DNA of 44,985 nucleotides from Parachlamydiales bacterium (GTDB lineage Bacteria; Chlamydiota; Chlamydiia; Chlamydiales; Parachlamydiaceae): NCBI GenBank assembly GCA_020051075.1, contig JAGVJP010000122.1, positions 1 to 44,985 of the forward strand, read 5' to 3'. Shown piece by piece: positions 35,647 to 44,985 of this stretch (position 1 is its first letter; each line of letters starts with the position of its first letter). The notes under the pieces were generated by a model. It saw only the letters and a program-made list of their open reading frames with translations, ran no database searches and was not told where the DNA came from. The position numbers and the translations under genes were made by a program.

Positions 35647-36963
35647 ATGAAAGAATATATCGAGTCAAAACAGACGGTAGAACTCATAAGAGAGATTGCA
35701 GACAGAATGCGCAATCCAGACAAAGTGCGCGATGCCATGCTAAACCCATCCAACTGCAACCCTTCTCCCCTATTCGTCAGGCCGGAATGGGAAGAGCTTT
35801 CCACCTCTGCAGGCTATCCAGGAATGCTTCCCCTCTATTCCGAACTCGATCAGCTCCATCCCAACGAAGGGTGGGATGAAACGGTCCACCAGTATGTCCT
35901 GAAGATAAAAGAAGTCATTGAATTAAACGGATTAAATCAAATAAGCCTCTTTGATGGTTCTGCAGGGATATGTTTCTATATTCAACTAGCCTCTAGAGGC
36001 AGTACACGCTATCAAAAATTAATTAAGACCTTGAACCAACACCTCTCCAAACGTGTTGAAACAACGCTGTTGTCGACGTTAAGAAGCAATATGAAGTCGA
36101 TGAAGACCGGCCCTTCCTTCCTTTTCAATCTGGTCTACGGCATTTCAGGGATAGGGATCTACCTCTTAAAAAATCAACAAACAGAGAACTTTGCCTATTT
36201 GCTCGGTGAAATATTAGACCTCCTCGTGTTATTGACCTATCCCTCAGTGATCGATGGGAAAGAGGTTCCCGGTTGGTGCTATCTCCATCCAAATCAAACG
36301 ATAGAGAACTTTCACTATGATCTAGGCATAGGTTATGGTATTTCTGGAGTGCTCGCTTTTTTATCCATTGCGTTGCAAAAAGGCGTTTTCACAAAAGGAC
36401 AGGAAGCCGCGATTGAGAAAATCTCCCATTGGCTCATGGAGAGGTTTTCCTTCAACGATGGAATCGTCGCATTGAACAACCGCTTTGATGGGGAGCAAGT
36501 CCCTGAACTCTCTCCGCCTAAACATAATTGGTGCCATGGGCTCATCGGGGTATCTAGAAGCCTTTATCTCGCTGGACAAGCATTAAGAAATGAGAAGATC
36601 AAAGCCTTTGCAACGAAAGCCTATACAGATTTCTTGAGCGGGGAAGGGAGTGAGTTATTTCCATTGAGCCCGAATATTTCATTTGGCACCTCCGGATTTT
36701 TACTGACAACGCAGGCGATGGCAAAAGATACAGGCTCTCCATTCCTCAAAGATAAAGTCTCTATTCTCAAAGAGCACCTATTGAAAAGCTATCAGCCAGA
36801 ACACCTATTTGGATTTAGGGATGTCGAACCGACGAAGGGAGGAGATCATGCAGAAATTGATCGCGCTGGCTTTTTATACGGTTCTGCAGGGATATTGCTG
36901 ACACTGCTGAATTTAGAGACGGATGCACGCGATTGGTCAAGTCCTTTGCTCATCGACGCATAA
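35647..36963 (+). CDS. Lanthionine synthetase C (LanC)-like protein, degenerate active site
   Basis: Repeated GxxG motifs (SAGYPG, SLFDGSAG, VYGISG, GYGISG, WCHG, SFGTSG, GFLYGSAGILLTLL) and terminal W..PLLI. Confidence 0.88.
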   Translation: MKEYIESKQTVELIREIADRMRNPDKVRDAMLNPSNCNPSPLFVRPEWEELSTSAGYPGMLPLYSELDQLHPNEGWDETVHQYVLKIKEVIELNGLNQISLFDGSAGICFYIQLASRGSTRYQKLIKTLNQHLSKRVETTLLSTLRSNMKSMKTGPSFLFNLVYGISGIGIYLLKNQQTENFAYLLGEILDLLVLLTYPSVIDGKEVPGWCYLHPNQTIENFHYDLGIGYGISGVLAFLSIALQKGVFTKGQEAAIEKISHWLMERFSFNDGIVALNNRFDGEQVPELSPPKHNWCHGLIGVSRSLYLAGQALRNEKIKAFATKAYTDFLSGEGSELFPLSPNISFGTSGFLLTTQAMAKDTGSPFLKDKVSILKEHLLKSYQPEHLFGFRDVEPTKGGDHAEIDRAGFLYGSAGILLTLLNLETDARDWSSPLLIDA

Positions 36964-36968
36964 TCTCT

Positions 36969-36996
36969 TTGACAAAATCGTCACAATCCCTATACT
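36969..36996 (+). promoter_or_regulatory. Sigma70/sigma66-type promoter of tRNA-Leu
   Basis: TTGACA-16 bp-TATACT about 30 bp upstream of the tRNA. Confidence 0.75.
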
Positions 36997-37027
36997 TTCT
37001 TACGATTAGCGTAGTGTTGCATTCAAT

Positions 37028-37110
37028 GCCGATGTGGCGAAATGGTAGACGCGGTAGACTCAAAATCTACTTCTAGCAATAGAGTGCTGGTTCGAGTCCG
37101 GTCATCGGCA
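37028..37110 (+). tRNA. tRNA-Leu (anticodon CAA)
   Basis: Acceptor GCCGATG/CATCGGC, D-loop TGGTAGAC, anticodon arm GTAGA-CTCAAAA-TCTAC, long variable arm, GTTCGAGTCC T-loop; CCA not encoded. Confidence 0.95.
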
Positions 37111-37114
37111 ATTC

Positions 37115-37155
37115 ACCGGACAAACTCTCTTCAAAGAGAATTTGTCCGGTTTTTT
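37115..37155 (+). terminator. Intrinsic terminator after tRNA-Leu
   Basis: ACCGGACAAA-CTCTC...GAGAA-TTTGTCCGGT stem followed by a T-run. Confidence 0.8.
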
Positions 37156-37295
37156 CATTTTCTGACATCTTGTTTTTCTATAAGATAATTGCAAACACAG
37201 GGTTCAACGGAGTGGTTCGATAACTATCTTTCCGAAAATACAATTTTGCAGGGAACATCGACCGAGCCATTTCTGCTTAATCTCAATCGAAGCGT

Positions 37296-37822
37296 TCATA
37301 ATGAAAAGCTCCCATTGCTTATAGAAGTAAATGCACGGACAATTTCCAGGGCAGTCAATTTATCAGAATTATCAAGCTCAAGATCCCAATCAAAGGTTGC
37401 TCTTACTGCATTTTCATTAATCTTTTTTAATAACACCTCAGAAACATATATGTGAGCATTTTGATCTCTACTTTTGACTCTTTCGTAACATATTTCCAAC
37501 GGTGCATAAATCCTTATCAGCTTGACGTTAAACTTACCTCGAAGCCTGGCAAGTACACTATGCAGATATGGGTGTGCCCCAGTTGATTCAAAGCTGACAG
37601 CATTATGGATCTTTAAAATTTCATCGATTGCAGCTTCTTCCTGATGAAAGCCTTCCTGGATAAGTTTTTCACCTTTCAGTTTTGATTTTGGGATGTTCGC
37701 TAGCCCTAATTTTTCTACTGATAAAAATTTCAGACCAATCTCTTTCTCCAGCAAAGACCCGATATAGGTTTTACCGCTACCTTTTGGTCCAATGAGAACA
37801 TATACTGTTTTTAACATATTCA
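37296..37822 (-). CDS. P-loop small-molecule kinase (shikimate/NMP kinase-like)
   Basis: YVLIGPKGSGKT Walker A near the N-terminus; APLEICYERVKSR lid motif; start uncertain. Confidence 0.75.
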
Positions 37823-37909
37823 TTTTTCCATTTAGAAAGCTATATCCATAGTGAGTGACAATGATTCCATGGTCAGCGTGAAACATGGCCGGTTTTTGAA
37901 GCATGATGT

Positions 37910-39142
37910 TCAGTTAGTGATTTCCAAAATCCAACCTGATAGGGTATCTAAAACTACAGGTGCAATAGTTTCTTCAATTTTCCCATACTCTAAAATAGAT
38001 CCAGATTCACATGTTTGAAATAGATGGTTCAGTTTTGGAAATTCAATAATCCTATAATTTCGGTTCCCAGCCTCTTCAAGAATTTTGGCGATGACAGGAA
38101 GATTTTGTTTTGAAGGAACTTGTGAATCGAGTTCGCCATTGATGACCAAAACAGGAATCTTAAGATGCTTTAATGAGGTTATTGGATCATAAGTCAAAAA
38201 ATATCGGAACCATTTTGAGTTGCAACGCTTAATTTGGGCTTCCATGACCTCAGCACTTGCTTGTTGCTCCTCTTTGGGTAAATTGTCTAACTGTTTTGCG
38301 ACAATTTCTCGTAGCAGTTTCTCAGCTTTTTCAAGATCAGATTCATTTTTGATTACAGACAACACTTGCTTCTGAAAATCAAGTTGATGACTTATCTGTT
38401 CTTCAGTAACTCCCATCGCACGAGAAATCAGAGCTTCTTGCGCATAAAGAGTTGCTTCACCGGTTACGCCACCTCCTGCCATTAACACGATAAAAGCGAC
38501 ATCATTCGATTTAACCGCTACCATTGGAGCAATCAGCCCCCCTTCACTATGACCAATCAAACCTATCTGTTCTGCATCAACTTCATTCCGAATTTTCAAA
38601 TATTCGACACCAGCCAATACGTCAGCAGCAAAATCTTCACTAGTCGAAACGTCGTAATTTCCCGTGGATTGCCCAACCCCACGCTTATCTACGCGTAATA
38701 CTGCAAAACCTTGTTTTGTAAGATGGTCAGCTAGGACCAAAAAAGGCTTGTGTCCAAATATGGTTTCATTACGATCATTTGGGCCAGAGCCAGCAATGAG
38801 TAAAACTGCAGGAGATGGCTTTCCTGTCCTGGGAAGAGTTAAAGTACCGGCCAAAGTTACGTCTGCAGTTATGTTAGAGTATTTAACTTCTTCTTCATCG
38901 TAAGGAATGGCGCCTGTTGGCTCCTGAGGACGTAAAGGCACAGAAACCGCTAATCTTCCTTCTTCTCTCGCAGAAATCTCTTGAGGTAATTCATTTGAAG
39001 CAGCAGCTAACAGGCTGAGTACAGTAAATAAATGCTTAATCACCTGAGTCCTCGTTTTATTTTCTAGTATATCCAGAAAGCTAAAAGATGTGATAGCAGA
39101 TTCTAAGAAAGGAGACCTTGGGGACATGATCTCTGTCGCCAA
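37910..39142 (-). CDS. Alpha/beta hydrolase
   Basis: LLIAGSGPNDRNE, RVDKRGVG, nucleophile GHSEGG, NGELDSQV, LNHLFQ; start uncertain. Confidence 0.88.
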   Translation of the reverse strand: MATEIMSPRSPFLESAITSFSFLDILENKTRTQVIKHLFTVLSLLAAASNELPQEISAREEGRLAVSVPLRPQEPTGAIPYDEEEVKYSNITADVTLAGTLTLPRTGKPSPAVLLIAGSGPNDRNETIFGHKPFLVLADHLTKQGFAVLRVDKRGVGQSTGNYDVSTSEDFAADVLAGVEYLKIRNEVDAEQIGLIGHSEGGLIAPMVAVKSNDVAFIVLMAGGGVTGEATLYAQEALISRAMGVTEEQISHQLDFQKQVLSVIKNESDLEKAEKLLREIVAKQLDNLPKEEQQASAEVMEAQIKRCNSKWFRYFLTYDPITSLKHLKIPVLVINGELDSQVPSKQNLPVIAKILEEAGNRNYRIIEFPKLNHLFQTCESGSILEYGKIEETIAPVVLDTLSGWILEITN

Positions 39143-39174
39143 GGTTCCAAGGTCGCTTAAGTCCCCTAGTTCAG

Positions 39175-40038
39175 TTAAATGTCGAACTGAACGCCTACAG
39201 CAAATGCATTGTAGCTAACATTTTTCACTTTCACGTTCCAGGGCGACGTAGGGACGTGAGTTTTGTAGTTCGTTGATCCAAAAATAAAGTTGCTGGAATC
39301 AACATAGAGGTAACGATACTCCGCAAAAACATGGAGATTATGACAGAAACAGAATAATTGACCGAAATTGAAGCGCAGACCAGCCTTGGCTTGAGCTGCA
39401 AACGTCCAAGTGGAGTCATTCCGATTAGAATTGAAATGGTTTACGCCTTTTTCTGTCGGCTCCACTTGTAAAGAATCAGCCTTATGAAGTGATACGCGTG
39501 TCGCACCAATGCCGCCCCCTACATAAGGAGAAAATCCACAAAAACAGTCACTATTTACCGCCAACACTATGTTAGCGAGTATGAAATTCGAGTTCATATG
39601 AAAGGAATCTACAAAGTCGTGCTCAGGCAAACCAACCACTGTTTGGTTGATGAGGTGTCCCTTTTTGCTGTGACTAAAATAGAAGTATTCCAACTCTACT
39701 GCTGGAGCTATAGACCAGCATGAACACAACGGTCTAGTCCATTCATATCCAATTTGTCCTCCACCGAAACCTGTCGAAGTTTCCTTTAAATGCCCCTCAG
39801 CAATGATAGGTAAGGGACCTATTGAATCAAGTTCAGAAAAAAATGCAGTTCCGTATTGACTCACTTCATTGGTGTTTGAGTAGACCCCTCCACCAAATCC
39901 ACCAATATAAAATCTGTTACATGAAGGTTGCTCGCAGCACCCCCACGAGGGTTGCTCGCAGCACTCCCATGCCGTTAACGAGGAATTCATTGCACATACA
40001 AGTGCAAATAAGACCGCAAGACGACTTAAATTAAACAT
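39175..40038 (-). CDS. Outer-membrane beta-barrel protein with Cys-rich N-terminus
   Basis: Signal peptide from ATG 40038; FYIGGFGG, GGQIGYEW, FSPYVGGGIG, FAAQAKAGLRF, AEYRYL, terminal AVGVQFDI. Confidence 0.8.
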   Translation of the reverse strand: MFNLSRLAVLFALVCAMNSSLTAWECCEQPSWGCCEQPSCNRFYIGGFGGGVYSNTNEVSQYGTAFFSELDSIGPLPIIAEGHLKETSTGFGGGQIGYEWTRPLCSCWSIAPAVELEYFYFSHSKKGHLINQTVVGLPEHDFVDSFHMNSNFILANIVLAVNSDCFCGFSPYVGGGIGATRVSLHKADSLQVEPTEKGVNHFNSNRNDSTWTFAAQAKAGLRFNFGQLFCFCHNLHVFAEYRYLYVDSSNFIFGSTNYKTHVPTSPWNVKVKNVSYNAFAVGVQFDI

Positions 40039-40193
40039 ATTTTTCTCCAAATTTTGATGATATGTAACAAAATTTTGAACGTACTTGGTTTTCAAATTAT
40101 TTTTCCACATTTTTTTTACACCCTATGTGAAGAGAGGGACGATGGGGACTTAAGCAACCATTCGGTTTTTTTATTAACCTGAGTTTTGAATTT

Positions 40194-41318
40194 TTATTGA
40201 TTTTCTAGCCAATCAAGAGCAGGTTGTGGAGCTCCCATATATTTTTCAATAATCTCTGAAATGAGAATCAGCCCATTTGAGCCATTCGTAAAGATAATCA
40301 TCGCATTATTGCTATTTTTAGATCCTAAAATAAAGCTTTTAAATCCTCCATTATCCCCCCAATGCCAAAATGAATTTCCCATTTCAGTGCACTGAATTCC
40401 CCATCCCAAACTCCACGAGACTGAATTTGAGAGTTGTCCTGTAAAGTTCTCAATAGAATTAGTGCTGCCTTCCTGCACTTGAATTTGAGGCCGGAGCATT
40501 TCATTAATGGTTTTTGAATTCAAAACCATTCCTTTTAAGATAGCTATAACAAATTTTGCATAATCTAATGGAGTGGTGTGCATTGTAAAGGCAGCATTTT
40601 GAGGGATGTCTCTTTGGTTTTCAATGGGGTTACCATCAGAATTGTGACCATTAGCTTTTTTACTATCATTCGTCCATATGAAAGAACTCTGTGTCATTCC
40701 TAGAGGGATAAAAACATTTTTCTGCATGTATTCTTCTAAAGATAATCCGGAGATATGTTCTACAACCTTCTGCAAATACAGAAAACCCTCTCCTGAATAA
40801 CTGAATCTTTCACCAGGCTGGAAATGGATTTTTAAAGATTCCTTTTTGGACCTCCAATTGGGAAAGCCACTAGTGTGCATTAGAACCATTCTTGCTGTGA
40901 TAGAATTGATCCTTTGATCATTTGTAATATCGGAATAACACAGATATTCAGTAAGGGGTTTGTCTAAATCTAATTTGCCATCTTCCACTAATGTTAAAAT
41001 TCCATAAGTAAAGGCCGGTTTGCTAAGAGAAGCAGCTTCAAATATTGTATTCTTATCGATCAGATCTGTTTTCTGAGTGTTTTTTAACCCCAACTCCATA
41101 TGCGCAATAATTTCAGCATTTTCAATCATTACAAGAGAGAGTCCTGGCACTTTCTTTTCTCTCATTAACGCTTCAAGTTCACTTCTGGAAGGGGCGTTTT
41201 GTGCTGCATTCATTTGATTACCTGCTAAAAATAGAATAATTACAAAAACGAATATGATCATCCTGAACGACATCTTGTACAACATATGTCTCCCAGCGCT
41301 GGACTCTTGCATCTCCAA
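40194..41318 (-). CDS. Serine hydrolase, beta-lactamase/AmpC-like family
   Basis: FEAASLSK (SxxK), LMHTSGFPNW, FSYSGEG, WHWGDNGG; signal-peptide-like region; start uncertain. Confidence 0.88.
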   Translation of the reverse strand: MEMQESSAGRHMLYKMSFRMIIFVFVIILFLAGNQMNAAQNAPSRSELEALMREKKVPGLSLVMIENAEIIAHMELGLKNTQKTDLIDKNTIFEAASLSKPAFTYGILTLVEDGKLDLDKPLTEYLCYSDITNDQRINSITARMVLMHTSGFPNWRSKKESLKIHFQPGERFSYSGEGFLYLQKVVEHISGLSLEEYMQKNVFIPLGMTQSSFIWTNDSKKANGHNSDGNPIENQRDIPQNAAFTMHTTPLDYAKFVIAILKGMVLNSKTINEMLRPQIQVQEGSTNSIENFTGQLSNSVSWSLGWGIQCTEMGNSFWHWGDNGGFKSFILGSKNSNNAMIIFTNGSNGLILISEIIEKYMGAPQPALDWLENQ

Positions 41319-41506
41319 CTGTTAAATAGTTGGCAAAAGCGGCTTGAGCTATTCCAAGCACAACGCAATATAAAGTCAATACCACAGATGCTCTTTCTAC
41401 CCATCAAGAATTTTTTTGTTTGTTGATTTTAAACTTTTCCCCATTCAAAATATTTTCTTCTTTCTGGTTCACTTGCACCCTCATTCTTCCAGGATAATTT
41501 TCATCA

Positions 41507-42112
41507 TTGCTTTGTCTTGTATGCCTGCTGTGGGTGGCCACCAATGAATCAAAACTCAAGTTCATTGGAGGTCAAGACAACGATTCTGTGTACGCTGCAT
41601 TCGTTTCTCGCAGAGGAACAGTGAAACCCATTTCTAACCTTCCCCAAGGAATTCTCTATAGTGTTGCTATCAATGCCTCGGGATCAGCAATCATGGGAGG
41701 GACCTCATTGACTCTTCCTTATGCCGCCTTCGTCTCTCGGAGAGGTCGTGTCACTACCATACAAAACCTCCCCTCTACAAAGGGAATTATTTATACCAGT
41801 GTCATCAATGACTCTGGGACGGGACTCATTGCCGGGTTCTCTTCATCAGGCCCTTTCGGCGCCTTCGTCGCCCCAGATGGCTCCTTGACGCCACTGAAAG
41901 GTCTGCCCACTGGCGACGGTTTTTTAGATGGTGCTGTCATCAATGCTGCCGGATTTGGACTTGTTGGAGGAAAATCTAATGGCGCCCCTTTCGCTGCTTT
42001 GGTTGATCCTAATGGGACTTTAACATATCTCAGCGGTCTCCCCACGAATGGTGCGATCGATACAATCTCTCTTGCTATGCTTGATCACCTTATCCTTAAA
42101 AATTCCCTTTAA
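41507..42112 (+). CDS. Gly-rich ~43-aa repeat protein (beta-propeller-like), possibly a fragment
   Basis: Four repeats such as YAAFVSRRGTVKPISNLPQGILYSVAINASG and FAALVDPNGTLTYLSGLPTNG; no convincing start codon or RBS. Confidence 0.55.
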   Translation: MLCLVCLLWVATNESKLKFIGGQDNDSVYAAFVSRRGTVKPISNLPQGILYSVAINASGSAIMGGTSLTLPYAAFVSRRGRVTTIQNLPSTKGIIYTSVINDSGTGLIAGFSSSGPFGAFVAPDGSLTPLKGLPTGDGFLDGAVINAAGFGLVGGKSNGAPFAALVDPNGTLTYLSGLPTNGAIDTISLAMLDHLILKNSL

Positions 42113-42170
42113 CACTTTGCGCCTTTGCGTCTTCTTTGCGTTAAAAAAAGGGGTAAGATTGTGAAAATTG

Positions 42171-42884
42171 TTACAATCTAATGAGACCAACTCTTGCAAC
42201 AATGATGGCAATTGATAAAGCAATTCCTCCCAAACCGATTGCTGTGTAACCTGTTAAATTTCTCAAATTACAGGCTTCCCAACCTGCTTGTAAATCTAGA
42301 GGAACACCTGGGTATTTCAGATGAGGATTCTCAGCCATTTTCTTTTGTGCTAAGCGACTCTTAATATGAGCTATGATTATCGTCAAAGCGGCGCCAATGG
42401 CTAAATAAGGAGCGAGTTGAGCTGCTGATATTTTTAAAGCTAATCCTGGACAAGGGGCTCTAGCAGCTAAAGCTAGGACAACACCTGCGATAACACATAC
42501 ATCCCATGTTGCAATCATTCCCCAGACTATAGCATTAAGGGTTGGATTTAATGTTCTAAGTATTCGCCTCTCTAATTCTCTCCCATCGGATCGATGGTTA
42601 TTAGTAAAATATTCTATGCAATCCCTGCATGCAAACATATCATTTGCAATTCCGTAAATCGCTCCTGTGAGAACGGTTAAACCGACAATTTTTACAGGCT
42701 CCCATCGAATAAAAACAGAACCTAATGCTAATCCTGTAGCAACCAAAGCTCTATAAACATCATTCTTATGCCGAGGATTAATAAAATCAATGTTATAAGT
42801 TAAATCGTTAACCAACAAAGTAATTCTTCTCTCTATTTTATTTAAAATTAAAACTACTGTATCAAAAATAAAAATTAAACACAA
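42171..42884 (-). CDS. Hypothetical membrane protein
   Basis: Several hydrophobic helices; GIANDMFACRDCIEYFT motif; start uncertain. Confidence 0.65.
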   Translation of the reverse strand: MCLIFIFDTVVLILNKIERRITLLVNDLTYNIDFINPRHKNDVYRALVATGLALGSVFIRWEPVKIVGLTVLTGAIYGIANDMFACRDCIEYFTNNHRSDGRELERRILRTLNPTLNAIVWGMIATWDVCVIAGVVLALAARAPCPGLALKISAAQLAPYLAIGAALTIIIAHIKSRLAQKKMAENPHLKYPGVPLDLQAGWEACNLRNLTGYTAIGLGGIALSIAIIVARVGLIRL

Positions 42885-43278
42885 TAAATAACAATTAAAT
42901 TAATTAAAAAAATAATTATTAGATGAGTATTATCATTTAAGTTCTGCACGAGCGATATGGATCTCCAACATATCGAGTTCATTTTCTAGATGCATTAAAA
43001 GCCGATCATCGACTTCATGCTGCGGGGCACATGGATCTTTTGTACCAACCCTACCAGAAGAACAGCAAATAGCAACAAAAAGAAAATGATTTCTGGATTT
43101 TCCATAGTTTCTCATTGCAATATGATTCAGCGCATATTGTAATTCAGGTGGTTGATGATCCAGATAGAGAAGAAACATAAGTTAGCCTGATGCATATGCC
43201 TAACCCCCTCGCAATCTTCTTGGTCTAAAACTTCGAAAACACTAACATGAAATCTTAAACCAGCCTAAGGAGGGTCAT

Positions 43279-43488
43279 ATGAGCGTTAAAGATAGCAACG
43301 GGGCAGAGCTCAGTAACGGTGACAGTGTTACGGTGATTAAAGATTTGAAAGTGAAGGGTGCTTCTATGACCATCAAAAGAGGCACGCTATATAAAGACAT
43401 TCGTTTAACTGGTAATGATGAAGAAATCGAATGCGGCAAAGGGAGAAATACCATCGTATTGAAAACATGCTTTTTAAAGAAAGCTTAG
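43279..43488 (+). CDS. PhnA/YjdM C-terminal domain protein
   Basis: VKDSNGAELSNGDSVTVIKDLKVKG...LKTCFLKKA; AAGGAGG RBS. Confidence 0.88.
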   Translation: MSVKDSNGAELSNGDSVTVIKDLKVKGASMTIKRGTLYKDIRLTGNDEEIECGKGRNTIVLKTCFLKKA

Positions 43489-43717
43489 AACAAAAACTAT
43501 TCAACCCCCTTTTTTGTTTAACGCAAAGGCGCAAAAAGGCAAGAAGAGGATGGGAAAATCAAATATGTTTCGTTTTTTAGACTTTCTTTCATCCAGAATT
43601 GCTGGTCAACCTTGACTATTTTCTTCAGAAAAATTAAATGTACATTGGCGTCGCCCAATCATTTTTTGTACGCTAAGTTGGCTTAAGACAATTTCTATCA
43701 TAGGAAAATCGAAAAAT

Positions 43718-44119
43718 ATGAAAAACACACACTATTTGCTGAAATCGGGGATATTCATTTTTTGTGGGTTATTACACGCTAACCTTCAGGGAGAACAACC
43801 CACCTCGAAGGAAGCGGAGAAAGGTTCCTTAGTTCACCAAGGGACAAAAGTCGCCATTACAAATCCAGATGGCACTTCGGTCCAAATAGAGGCTGATGGG
43901 ACAAAAGTCATCACAGCTCCGAATCATACCACTGTTCGAATCAAGCCCGATGGGACAAAAATTATTCAAAATGCAGACGGTTCTTCGATTGAAAAAAGGG
44001 TTGACGGCACGAAAATCATAACAAAATCTGATGGCACTTCCATACAAATACAACCCGATGGATCAAAGAGCATTAAAGAAGCTGACGGCAAGATCATAGA
44101 ATTACAACCCGATTCCTAA
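43718..44119 (+). CDS. Small secreted protein with 9-aa beta-hairpin repeats (Tcp10 C-terminal-like)
   Basis: Signal peptide then repeats such as ITNPDGTSV/IEADGTKVI/IKPDGTKII/NADGSSI/KSDGTSI. Confidence 0.7.
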   Translation: MKNTHYLLKSGIFIFCGLLHANLQGEQPTSKEAEKGSLVHQGTKVAITNPDGTSVQIEADGTKVITAPNHTTVRIKPDGTKIIQNADGSSIEKRVDGTKIITKSDGTSIQIQPDGSKSIKEADGKIIELQPDS

Positions 44120-44659
44120 ATCGAGCAGTGCTCTAACTTTTTTGGCGATGATCTCGGGGAGATGGTCCCTGTTTTCAGGCGTCACCTCTATGATTTCAAT
44201 ATCACTGCGCTGTTTGACTTCTAAAATGAAATCGCTCCCGCCAAACGTGATTGTCCCAATAACAATATTGGGAGAATCAAGAGCTTGCAAAGCTGCTGCA
44301 ATAAACGTTGATGAAAAGCATTCCATCTTCCCAATTTCATCTAAAATGATCACTCGCCCAGCTTCTGGAGATATTGCAGGAACCGCGATGGACTCGATAT
44401 TTGCAATGCTTACACCGTAACGGCGAATGTAATGCTCAGAAGAGATGTCTTGATGAGCAAGATAGCCTTTTTTACCATCCAGGCTATGCATAAGAAAGCC
44501 CACCCGCCTATTGTTCACTCGCTCCTCTTCAGTATAGAATCCTTTTGCAGGGATAGACAACAGCTTGATGACTTTCTTGATGACGGTGGTCTTCCCTGAG
44601 GATGGGGCGCCTGTCACAAAGATATTCTTCTTAAATGGAATTTTAGATTCTTCTGCCAT
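44102..44659 (-). CDS. NTPase (THEP1/NTPase_1 family)
   Basis: IFVTGAPSSGKTT, GFYTEEER...RVGF, VIILDEIGKME; probable ATG at 44659. Confidence 0.9.
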   Translation of the reverse strand: MAEESKIPFKKNIFVTGAPSSGKTTVIKKVIKLLSIPAKGFYTEEERVNNRRVGFLMHSLDGKKGYLAHQDISSEHYIRRYGVSIANIESIAVPAISPEAGRVIILDEIGKMECFSSTFIAAALQALDSPNIVIGTITFGGSDFILEVKQRSDIEIIEVTPENRDHLPEIIAKKVRALLDLGIGL

Positions 44660-44761
44660 CACGAACACCAGGTGTTTAGAGACCAACTTGATATGAATAA
44701 TGAATATTCTTTTTAAAAGTCAATAGTCCCCAGCTGGATGAAAATACAATGATAAAGTGTA

Positions 44762-44930
44762 CCGCCCTTTCAGGGCTCATAAATAGGGGTGAACTGCCCT
44801 CAGGCTTGACGGCCTTACATTTTTTTTCAGCGCGAAGCGTTTGGAGTGCGAAAGTCCTCTTTCGCTTTATTCTAGATCAATTTTTAAGACATTCGTGTCT
44901 TTTGAATTTTTCTACCGCTTCGCGCAGCGT
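44762..44930. repeat. Family A-like and family C REP-like elements
   Basis: CGCCCTTTCAGGGCT; CGCGAAGCGTTTGGAGTGCGAAAGTCCTCTTTCGCTTT nearly identical to 714-752; CGCTTCGCG counterpart at ~44916. Confidence 0.75.
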
Positions 44931-44985
44931 TCAGTATCTCCTACTTTTCTCTCAAGCTTATCCACGTCTGGTGCTATCGCCTAAA

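Noticed and set aside
35647..36963. Lanthipeptide biosynthetic gene cluster
   Set aside because: No dehydratase, precursor or exporter nearby, and the cyclase motifs are degenerate
37028..37300. Prophage or integrative element at tRNA-Leu
   Set aside because: No integrase and no duplicated tRNA 3' end seen in the window
40194..41318. Antibiotic-resistance beta-lactamase
   Set aside because: Has SxxK but YSG and HWG in place of YxN and KTG; the family is mostly esterases/peptidases, so resistance cannot be claimed
42933..43178. 81-aa minus-strand ORF
   Set aside because: No recognisable motif, and the best RBS-linked ATG upstream is in another frame; cannot be supported

Overview
Bacterial chromosome segment that looks like an environmental chlamydia (phylum Chlamydiota, Parachlamydiales-like; inferred from chlamydia-specific T3SS proteins). 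Layout: (1) an LRR+ankyrin candidate effector (920-4840); (2) a minus-strand type III secretion locus: a tip/DUF720-like gene, two SycD/LcrH chaperones with CopB/CopD-like translocators, then scc4-cdsD-cdsE-cdsG-cdsF-CT668-like-cdsN-cdsO-cdsP, ending without cdsQ/pkn5/cdsC; (3) two tandem ~1000-aa paralogues with atypical (PI3/4-kinase-like) catalytic motifs, inserted GYF_2-like modules and a LysM domain; (4) htpG-metallophosphoesterase-SUMF1/FGE-like operon; (5) a repeat/coiled-coil candidate effector, a tandem-RHH-like protein and an orphan LanC homologue with degenerate active-site motifs; (6) tRNA-Leu(CAA) followed by short accessory genes. Many of the larger intergenic gaps hold palindromic REP/MITE-like repeats from about nine sequence families, often nested or concatenated. 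No transposase, integrase or CRISPR array was seen. All family calls come from reading motifs by eye, not database searches.
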